Shown here: positions 39,201-49,198 of the stretch, in pieces
Numbering within the stretch: the first letter of the stretch is position 1
How the letters are laid out: each line of letters starts with the position of its first letter
Assembly: GCA_973895155.1 (NCBI GenBank)
Contig: OZ316891.1
Location: forward strand, 30,387,112 to 30,451,111
DNA length: 64,000 bases
Reading direction: 5' to 3'
Origin: Marsupella aquatica
Lineage: Eukaryota > Plantae > Marchantiophyta
Notes under the pieces: model-generated
What the model was told of the DNA's origin: nothing
The model's database searches: none
The model's input: only the letters and a program-made list of their open reading frames with translations
Made by a program: the position numbers and the translations under genes

Positions 39201-39920
39201 GATCCCTTCCCACAGTTCGAGCAGTGGATTCGGGTGACAATTCGAGAGCATAGTAGACATCACCCAGATATGGAGAAGGATTTGTATCTTCTATCTGTGC
39301 CACCACGATTGTCTATTCTGACCTACAAACGGATGAGAGCTTATGGAAATCATTATCGAGTGAGGGATGAGCAGGGTGACCATTGTGTATCATATGATTG
39401 TGGTTTGATTTCTGTGTTTGAGCAGAGAACCTCTGAAGAACAGAGGGGGTGGATGAAGATGGGTTACGTGGGGGAGTTGACCGACATTTGGGTGTTGAAT
39501 TATGGTAACACAAGTGTCCCAGTGATATTGATGAAGGGATCATGGGTGAAATCAGAGTGGCAGAGACCAAGGGCCACCATGAAGCGTGATCATGATGGGT
39601 TCTTGTTGGCCAATTTTAGGTCCAGAGTACCAGAATGGTCTGAGCCTTTTGTTTTCCCTAGCCAAGTTGAACAGGCTTTCTTTGCAGATGTGGAGGAGTC
39701 ACATGGCTGGAGGGTGGTATGCCATAGCCAAGCACGGAACAGGCGGATGGATGGAAGTAAAGTAGAGTTCAGTTTGGATGACCATGCTGCATTCGAGCAT
39801 CCTAGTCATGAGACTGTACTTCCAACTCGGGCAGGGACTGACTACATCCCCTTAACATTGAGAGAGACATATGATGAACCTGGGCAAATGGAATATGATG
39901 AGGTTGATGATTTGCAATAG
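36227..39920 (+). pseudogene. CACTA TnpD/Tnp2 transposase (transposase-associated CPC domain, Transposase_21, DUF4218- and DUF4216-like), frameshifted
   Basis: RCPCTQC, IDACPDGCVLF, LRHFPLIPRLQRLF, LSLDGVNPF, YNLP/PW, DVMHIEKN, FPPAFFDVMTHL, WMYPMERYM, EPFVFPSQVEQAFF. Introns 38011-38145 and 39048-39160. A 1-bp frameshift lies at ~37430. Confidence 0.95.
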
Positions 39921-40097
39921 GCAACAGCTGGCGATTGGCAAGTATGAGGTTGAGGATGACTACCTGCACAGAGTCACAGAACGGGAATTGCTGCCTGGAA
40001 TGATGTTTAGGATAGTTGGATATGCATAAAATTGATTGATACTTTGAATTTAGTGTGCTGATTCTCCCTGTTTGGTTGTGGGTGCTGTGCAGAAGCT

Positions 40098-43000
40098 ATG
40101 GGGGAAGAGGGTGATGACATGGAGACAGACATGGGGCTTGGAGAGTGGGGTGAAGAGGAAAGATTGGATATGGATGGAGACCCAGATGCAGGGGGCTCAC
40201 AGAAAAATGCACCTGTGCAAGATGCACAGGGCCCTCATCAAGTCCCAGGTAGGTGGGCAGCTAGAGAGAAATCACATAATCCATACCCTAGAAGGAGCCA
40301 GAGTTATTGGCAAGGGACGCCTGATAATTATGATGATGACTATGATGGAGCAGAAGATGGATGGGATGAATATGAACACCCAGAGCGTGGTAGAGACGGG
40401 TACAGAGGGCAATGGAAAGGTGAGGAGGATGATTGGACAAGTAAGTGCCTTGTGCTAGTGATTTTGTGATGGTAGTAGAGATTTAGCTCAATATGCACTT
40501 ATCTGATGTGTAGCTAGGGCAAAGAGTTTATCTTACAGGTCCATGAGTGTGGCATGTACCTGTTGGTATGCAGACTCTGATTGGGACAATCACGAAAACA
40601 ACAAAGGCCATCCACGTTCAGATAGGAGGCAATCATTCACAGGCGAGAGAAACGCCCCTAATTCATCAAGACAAAGCAATAGGACAGGTGGTCCAGAACC
40701 ATCTATGCGCCAAGGGAGAGGTAACTTGGTCATTGCAGAATTGCTCTGAAGTCCACTGTATATTTGGCAGCGGGATTTATGATTCATACTTACCTAATGT
40801 AAGTGACTGTAAATGGATCCTGTAAATGTGCAGGGACTCCAGGGAGGTTTGGACAATGCAATCCAGGCCGTGGGGGGAGATCAGGCCGTGGAGGGACCCC
40901 AGGCCGTGGGGGGACACCAGGCCGTGGAGGGACACCTAGTAGCGCTTCAGGGAGTACCAAGGTAGGAGACAGTAACAAATTTGGTAAAGTAGAAGTGAAT
41001 TCCGAAGGTTGGATAACTCCCACATGTGATGGTAAGAACCGTTGACATTCTGACCTAAGAGGAGAAGTATTGCGTTGGTTAGATTTGAGCATTACAGAGT
41101 TTAGGAGTCAGAACAAAGCTGATTGGGCTGCTATCTGCAAGGACATTCTTGAACGGTGGGAGTATGTTGGTAATGATGGTAAGGGCCCAGTTGAAGATTG
41201 CATATCAGATTATGCAATGAGGATTTTGAAACAAGAGAGGCATAGGTTGAAAAGGATGTGGATAGACAATGGTTCTAACAGGAGAATGCCACCACCCCCA
41301 TCATTGGAACTGGATCAATGGACACGGTTAATCAAAGGGTTCATGTCGGAGGCTGGACAGAGCAAGAGTGAACTGATGTCAAATGCTCGAGGCAAAGTGA
41401 AACACCTTTCACAGGCTGGGAGAGGAAGTTATGCTCCAGTGAAAGAACAATTGGTAAGGCAGTGACATGCCTGATAGTAAGCCTCAAACTTATCATCTTG
41501 CTACCATTATTACATTTTCATTGACAATCAACACTTGGTTTCATTCATATGTATGTTGATGTGGACTGCAGAAGAAATTGACAGGTGAAGAACCATCAGC
41601 ACAAGAAGTGAGAGAGGAGTTCATGAAACAAAGGAGTGAGGTGACAAGTGTAACTTCCAAACAGGTGATTATGTTGTAATTCTGTATGTTCTGTGACTAT
41701 TTGGCCTTGAGCATCAGAAAGAAATGTAGTAGGAAGTAAGCAACCAGTTCTTGGGGACAGTTATCTGAGATATGTAAGCTGTGTTATGACAGGGAACTGT
41801 TACAACTCTCACAGAGATGTGTGAACGGTTGAAGTCATTAGAGTGTGGACTCCCTCGAGTGGAAAGTAAATTGGCTGATCGTTTAGATATTGTGGAGGCA
41901 TCTGTAGCGAACCTTCTTGCATCAGTGGAATCTAATTTCAAGCTTGTGATTGAAAAATTGGGTGGTTCCCAACCAAACAATGAGGGCAACATTGTACAAA
42001 GTGTGCCCTTGTTAACAAAAAAGGGAATTGGCAAATCTGACACAGGTATGGAAATGACACCGGCCCATTGTTCATTGTGTCCTATGTTCAAATGTCAGAA
42101 GTAAGTTTTCATGAATTGAGTGAATGGTTTGAATGCAGGAAGAGTGGAGGCAGAGAAGGACCCTGTAATCAGTAAGCAGAAGGGCAAGAAGGTTGCTGAG
42201 ACAGGTAACCTACTATGATCCAGTACATTACATTTGAAAAGTGCATGGAGTTTTGTGAAGCTTAAGCCGGTTGGAGGTAATCTTTTCTGTAAGAACTGGT
42301 TGGATGAACTGGGATCTGAAGTGACATCATGATTGATGTATCAGGTGATTCAAAGAGCAATAATGAAGAAGATGTGTCCAGTGCCTCAGTGACCATAGCC
42401 AAGGAGGTATCAGGTAAGCTGATGCTTTAAATTCCTCTATATGAATGTTGAGCAACAATTCAGTGGTTAATAGATTCAACCTGAATATTGTGGTGTGTTT
42501 ATTGATCAACAGAAGCAGACATGGAGCATATGGCAATGGCAAAGAAGGGGAAGAAGGCTGTTCATAATGGTAAGGAGATAGTGACAACTTTGTGGTTGGT
42601 GACATGTACATTTAGCACATGTGATGAGTGATTGACTTATGTTGGACATGACACTGAATTGTAGTTGATGCAGAGTTGACAGACTCTCAACCAAGTGGGA
42701 GTAGGGTGAAGCGACGTCGAAACTTGGGAGCAACATTGGATGCAAGTAAGATTGTAGATGCTTCAATTGAAGCAAGTACAATGTTGGCAGATACTGAGAT
42801 GATGTCGCAGGGAAATCCTGCTACACAATCAGAAGTGTCAAATATGGATGCAGATTCTTTGAAGAAGAGTGTAGCCAATTCTCGATCACCAGCACAAAAC
42901 ACTCGTGCCAAAGTCATGACTCGCAACCAAGGTATGAATAATGTCATGTATAAGCCACCCAGGAAAGCCAAGAAAAACAGCCAGGTTAAGGTGGAGGTGA

Positions 43001-43269
43001 TAGCCACAGCAGAGCCAGTCCATAATCTTCTATCATGGGAGGATGACTCGCAGGTATGTGTGGGTACAGGCATTTTGCGACCGGATCATGCAAAATTCCA
43101 TGGCAAAGTGGTCCCAGATGACCATGTAGTAGTGTTGTTGACTACAGTGATTGTATCTGATTGTAATTTGCCATTTCCGAATAGAGACGATGATCCACCT
43201 CAGGAAATAATTGCAGATGCAGTAGGATCTCTTGTGCTCTGGCCATCAGAGTGTGTTAGTCTGCAGTGA
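40098..43269 (+). pseudogene. CACTA TnpA-like multi-exon gene (Ptta/En/Spm-type core, RGG repeats, C-terminal DAVGSLVLWP domain)
   Basis: LKQERHRLKR..PPP..DQWTRLI..KSELMSNARGK..GRGSY core; coiled-coil exon; C-terminal FHGK..LPFP..IADAVGSLVLWP; 18-bp PGRGGT repeats at ~40863-40936; in-frame TGA at 41043. Confidence 0.8.
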
Positions 43270-43759
43270 CTGAATGCAAGTGTAGATAGCATCATGTGAA
43301 TTGTGTCACATTTTGACATTGCCTTGGAAAGATCCAAGAAATATCTGTACCAATTTTTCCATTTGGTAAAGAGGAGGAAGGAGACGTTGTGTGTGACATT
43401 GATATTTCTGAATTCTGTATGTATGAAACAAGTGATTGATGTCAAACTATGGCTCTATGGTGATTGTCTATGATACTTGAATCTATTTTATCATTTCAGT
43501 ATTAGTGTGTATGGTATAGAGGAATACTTTGTGACCTTCTTTGTAGTCTGTTTGAATCTGTGAATTCATATTAGTGTACATGGTATAGAAGATGGCTTTC
43601 TGAAACTATGTATTCTAATGTTAACATGATAAATGGTGAACTTATAGAGTGAGTTCATTCCAAGTACACAATAAAACATGAATGCAATATGTTATTTGTG
43701 CACAAGAGTGGGTTCATTCCAAGTAGTATAGTGGGGTCTTCATCACTCATATCCAGTTG

Positions 43760-44060
43760 ACATGAAAGACTTATACATACCCCACAAAGTATATTTAAAG
43801 ACTACCCTCCATAACCTTTTTAGTCGTTCCCAACGACTCATCATCGCAGCCCATAAAAGACTGAAAATGACTCACCAAAGCTACCCACACAAAGACTAAA
43901 ATAGACTGAAAATCCAGTCTATTAAACGACTTATAAACCAGTTCTATAAAGGACTCAGTTGATTATAGTAACAAAACATACGACTCGCAGTCCTATAAAG
44001 GACTAGAGTCCTTCCCAGTCGTTTCCAAGTCCTATACGGTACTGAATAGTCGTTTAATGG
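43760..44060. repeat. CACTA right subterminal repeats (putative TnpA-binding GACT/AGTC motifs)
   Basis: More than 15 aaagact/acgact/ggact motifs or their complements; a sparser set occurs at 27020-27140. Confidence 0.7.
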
Positions 44061-47000
44061 GGTCTAAATACCCCCCGGTTTCTACTAGTGCCGCCGGCTC
44101 AACTGGCTGGCTTAGTTAAAGGCTTAGTTAAAATAGCTAGTTAAAATACATAACTATCCTTACTTAACTTTTTGGTAACAATTTTCACCCTGTCTCAATG
44201 TAACATTCCTTGTCGTGGCGGGGTGAACCAGCCGGGGAGTGTCGTGCAGGGGAGTGTTCGGGTGGTAGTGTGGAAGAAGGAGCTCCCGGGAGTAAGTAGA
44301 TGTCTGACGTTGTGCTTTTGAATGAGGATGCTTGTTGAGAATTCATGTTTTTGCTGTTGTCCCTAGTGAACTGCCAGAAGCTCATAGCGGCAAAGTACTT
44401 AGAACCAGATGACCCTTACCTGACAGCAAAGATCGGACAAGGGAATTTTTGATAGTTGAACTTAGTTTCTCTCGGTAAGGAGAAGTGGAATTCAGAAAGA
44501 TCGAGGCATTAGCTGTAAGTTGATAACTGGAGTTGTGCTCAATTGACTTTGGGACTCGCACACCTGCTTGGAATTAAAGACGTATAGCAGCATGGATTCC
44601 TCGGCCAATGTGCCTATAGAACAATCTTACAAGCGGGCCCCGAGAATCAACTGAGTGTCCTTCTGAGTGTCGTAGCTTTGAACATTGTGTAAGCTTGAAG
44701 ATTCTGAATTTGCAATGGCCAATGCTCCCGCTGCTACCTTTTCCATTCCTAACTCTCAACAGATCATGATAATATGCACACTATCGAGTAGAAGCTATTG
44801 GTGGCATTGTAAAGGGTAATAGAAGCATCCGCAAAGGAACAGTTTCCTAGAAACATGTCTCCTTGATAGGGGTAGCATAATTGTTATATAATAGTGCCAA
44901 AATCCTACAAAATCAATTCAATTGTCCTCCAGGCCCACCTCTGTACTTTAATGGCAGCACAAAAAGTCATTCTACTTATAATAATCCAAGCCAATCGGAA
45001 GCTTCAGTCCTTTTTCAACTACGGGAAGGAATATCACCTCCTGTGTTTAAAACCATTCATTGGTACTTTTGAATAAGTTTACATTTGTTTACAACCCATC
45101 AGGCAACTGACAGGCTTTCAATCTGTTTTGTATTTTAAAATTCTGCTCTGAGTTAGTTTTGTTTATGGAAGTTATCAGCCCAAGTTTGAATACAGAAGGA
45201 GGGCATTTTTCTTCTCGTAAAGCACTCTGCAATACATTCTATAGAAAGACTACTACGAGAGAACCGATGAGCTAGACACGGATGACAAGGTCAGTTGTCA
45301 CTTGTACCTTTAAAGGAGGCAGAGCAGCGAAATCATACATTGACTAGAGGAGGGAAATTGAAACGAGTCGGCAGAATATACCAACTATGACCCTCCAATT
45401 GTGCTTTGCCTAGGCAGAGCCTATGAAAGCGGTAGCAGACTCCGGAACAAAAAGCGGCATCAGAGAAGGGCCCTCTCGGTACTCGCGTGGAACAGAGTAG
45501 AGCAGATCAAACACAACGAAAGCAGATCGACGGACTCTAAATTGTCACTAGGTTAGCTGCACGAGAGTCCACACCATAGGATGCAAACGTCCAATCCCAA
45601 AAACCGGAGACCCGGACAGCAAGTTTGGGGACTTCGACCGGATGGCAGGCAGCATTGTTGGACCGCAGAGGTCTGAACCAGAGCTCACTTCAATGCCTTG
45701 CACCTCCGTTTGCGAGCAACATAGCACACTCTTTGTCACTCTGCAATTAAGCTGGATTTTTCAATGCCATCAGAGGGGTACCAGTTCTCTCAGAGGCAGT
45801 GGAGGGGTACCAAAGGAGGATATGCGGGAGAGTGAGCACTGAGTAATTCGCGAATTTACCACACTTTTGACCCTACGTCAAAAGTTTTTGATCTTGAGAC
45901 TAGTAACCAAGTTAGGTCAAAAACCGGTTGGAACCCTTCGTTAATAGTTAACTTTTGAAAAGTTAACTATTCAGTATTTCATGATAGTACCTCCTAGTAA
46001 CTCTAACTATCCCTAACAATGGGTGGGACCCTACCCTAAGTTAGTTAGTTGGTTAGTTTATTTAAGATATAATATTAGTTAGTGGGGCCTTAGTTAGTTA
46101 AGGCATGATATTATTGACATTCAAATGAATGTCGAGTAGACATTGTAATATACAATAATCCTATTAATAAATAATAATTATACACCTTCAAGTGAACTAA
46201 ACTTTCAATGATTTCTGATTTTATATGAAGTTAGTATGGTTCCATGTCTGATTAAGTCAAAGCAATAGGAACTAACTAAAGGGTGGTACTATAATTGTAG
46301 GTCACGCGCCCTGGTGCATGTCAGTCTTTGTTGTATTCAACAGACCCTGTAGTAATTAAATAGAAAATTGCTCGAGGATCTCACTATATGGATGCCTCCC
46401 CATCCCCTGCGACATTTTTAGGCCTCAAACCCCCTAAAATGTAAGAATTTAAAAAAAATTCAACCTCTATAAAGTTAGGATATTCTTGGAATATTCCAAA
46501 ATTTGGGTTAGAAAGACCTTAATGTTCTTATAAATCTCAAAATTGAATTTAAAAGACCCTATTGTTCTTCTGTAAAAATTCTTAAGTCTTCTTTTCAAAC
46601 CAATAAAATGACCTTGTCCTTTATCGCACGTGATGTGCTATTTTTGTGCAAGTGAAACCCCTAAGGATAATTGAGACAATTAATGATAGTTTAATTAAGG
46701 ACTTGTGCATGGATCAAGAGGTACTTGATGTCATTTAGTGATGCATTTTTGTAAAGATCTTGCAACAAAACATTCAAGGTTTTTGAGTATCCCAACAAAT
46801 GTTGAAGAGGTTGATCATTCATTAACTAATAATATTTAGATAAAACTGGAATTAATCTAATACTTCAGTATTCTTTAAATTGGGGTTTACAAGGTGTTTT
46901 CTTAGAAATAAACAGTCTCGGAGGAGACCAAGGTTGCGCCAATAATAAACCGTGACTCATTGACAGGGCCCACTCTTGATTTTAGCTATGGCTTCCTGGG

Positions 47001-47158
47001 CACCCACCTCCTTGCCCGAGGGCATCAAATTAAAAATCCTCTTGACAAACAAAGCTTGTAGACCAACACAATTTCAAACAAAAGCACTAGTATTCCGGGT
47101 AGGCACGATCCATCAGAGTTTTTTTGCAAGCTTGTTTCTAGACAATCTATCTTGCTTA

Positions 47159-48065
47159 GAGCATCTCCAGTGGTTCAGGGGTCAGTTACCTCTAAACTCG
47201 AAATATAGCCTAACATTCGGAGGCCTAGAAATTAGAACAGCCCTCATAAGAATTTCAATCACCAGCTTTTTTAAACCTCTATCCCTCCAAAATAATGTTG
47301 TCAGACATAAGTTCAAGATCTCAATCATATCCAGTATGTTGTGACATGTGGTGAAATCTTTGACATGGATGAGAATAGAGGTCACGATAGAGGTCTCTCC
47401 TAGCTGTCATTTTTACCAAATATGGAGGTTAGGGGTTGTGAAATTGGAGGCTAGCGACCATTTATTTAGCGATACTAGGGGCCAATAAGCCATCTTACTT
47501 ATAAAGCTTGAAGGGAAAACTAGAGTCGGGGTCTAGGCTTCTAGAGTCAATCCTCTAGACTGTGACTCTAGTGCCTCACCAAAGTAAATGTGCATGGAAC
47601 AAATATGTGCATAACCACGATGGTATATTATGTATCACATAAATGAGAGTGTATGTGCATGTAAAGAAGATATGCATATATGTGCATAGACATGATGATA
47701 TATTATGTATCACATGAAATGAGAGTATATGTGCATGTAAAGAAGATATGCATAGGTGTGCATCGACAGGGTGGTATCTTCTATATCACATGAATGACAG
47801 TATATGTGCATGTAAAGAAAGTATACATAGACAAGATAATATATTATGGATGATACGAATAATTAACTTTTTTTCAATTCATCAATATTTAAAGAATGGA
47901 AATATGAAATATATTCTATTATTCTCTTTAAAAGAACTGGTAGTCTGTCTGGGCTAGTCCCTCCAAATTCAATCAGTCTGGTCTAGTCCCTCCAAATTCA
48001 ACCCCTATATGTTAGTTTCAGAGGTTAGGTTACATGTGCATTTGACCCTCCCATTGGAGATGCTC
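47159..48065. mobile_element. Tourist-like (PIF/Harbinger) MITE, 907 bp
   Basis: TTA|GAGCATCTCCAGTGG...CCATTGGAGATGCTC|TTA (14/15 TIR, TTA TSD). Internal ~78-bp tandem repeats at 47605-47850. Confidence 0.9.
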
Positions 48066-48158
48066 TTAGAGTGAGTGTGGTGGTCCACCCAGACTTATTT
48101 TCAAGATTATTGAGCTCAAGATTTAGCAAAGTCTGCTCAATTTCTTTAACCCTGGTTT

Positions 48159-49086
48159 TTGTTTATTTCAAGTGTTACTCTTCATCATTGTATTGTTTTT
48201 ACATTTGTTAGGTCTAACTCTTTTTCTTAGCCATGCCACAAACACAAATCATTAGGATATGTTTTTCTTGCAAAATCACATTTTGCTATTTGTGACTGCT
48301 ATTGGTGATGTGGCTCATCGTGCTGCTAGAGATTTTGGAAGAAGCTTCACATGGGTTCTGTAATTAGTGAGACCAACACTGTGACTTCTTTGTGGACTCT
48401 AATTAGTTAGACACCTCAAATAATATGACTCACACTATTTTATGTGACTTAAAATTTAAAGGGCTAATTTAATGGGCTAAGCAATGAGTGACATTAACAC
48501 AAATTGGGGTGGACAGTGTATCTGAAAGGCATTGGGCTAGTTGATCATTAAACTCAATAAGTGAGTGCAATTGAAACTCAATAGGTGAGTGCAATTGAAA
48601 TCGTTCTCACAATTTCCACACAATTGGGTTGGAGTTTGTAATGGGACCCCTAACAATAGCGTTAATTAGGTCTCACTCACAAGGGCACACTTTCGATTCG
48701 CTCCCTCCTTTCTCCCGCCAAACTCATCTCAATCAATTTGTCCCTCATGTCGTTCTTTTCTAGTTGATGCGTCGTCTCTGTGAAGAATTGTGAAGAATTC
48801 GATGGCAAAGAGTAAGATGGACAAGCATCCATGAATTCTTGTACAGAGGCACGAAAAGCATTCCTGTGGAAAACTGGCGGCATGAGAAAAATTCAGAAAC
48901 GCCGAGAAAACCGTTCGTTGAGGTCGATCTGATGATCTTTGGTCTCGAAGGACAAGAAAATCGATCGAGTTTCGATCGATCGCTACATTATCATTCGACT
49001 TTGAGAATGCGAACGGGTTGGAGTTTGAAGTGATCGTGACGGAGATATTATTCCGTCGAAGCATCAGGAGAATGGATCATATAGCT
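48159..49086 (-). repeat. Right arm of the long inverted repeat (partner 19948-20899), abutting or overlapping the HISN3 5' end
   Basis: Reverse complement of 19948-20899. Confidence 0.97.
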
Positions 49087-49198
49087 CGAGTCGCGGCTCC
49101 TAAAATTGTAGTTTCTGCGAAGGGGGGTCGAAGCATCAGGAGAATGGATCCTGTAGCTCGAGTCGCGGCTCCTAAAATTGTAGCTTCTGCGAAGGGGG
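49055..49198. repeat. In-frame 72-bp tandem duplication at the HISN3 5' end
   Basis: gtcgaagcatcaggagaatggatc...ttctgcgaaggggg starts at 49055 and 49127; it encodes [23 protein letters not shown] twice. Confidence 0.92.

Larger units (their letters stand above)
26988..44090 (+). mobile_element. Full-length CACTA (En/Spm) transposon, 17,103 bp, with cargo genes
   Basis: Perfect 18-bp TIR CACTAGTAGAAACCGGGG (extends imperfectly to ~30 bp); 3-bp TSD CCG at 26985-26987 and 44091-44093; TnpD- and TnpA-like genes; subterminal GACT/AGTC repeats. Confidence 0.97.
26914..46036. mobile_element. Non-autonomous PIF/Harbinger-type element (~2.0 kb of its own sequence) hosting the CACTA insertion
   Basis: TAA|GGGTGGGTTCCCACC at 26911-26928 and GGTGGGACCCTACCC|TAA at 46022-46039 give a 13/15 TIR match with a TAA TSD. 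Both ends have gttaa/aactat-rich subtermini. Confidence 0.7.
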
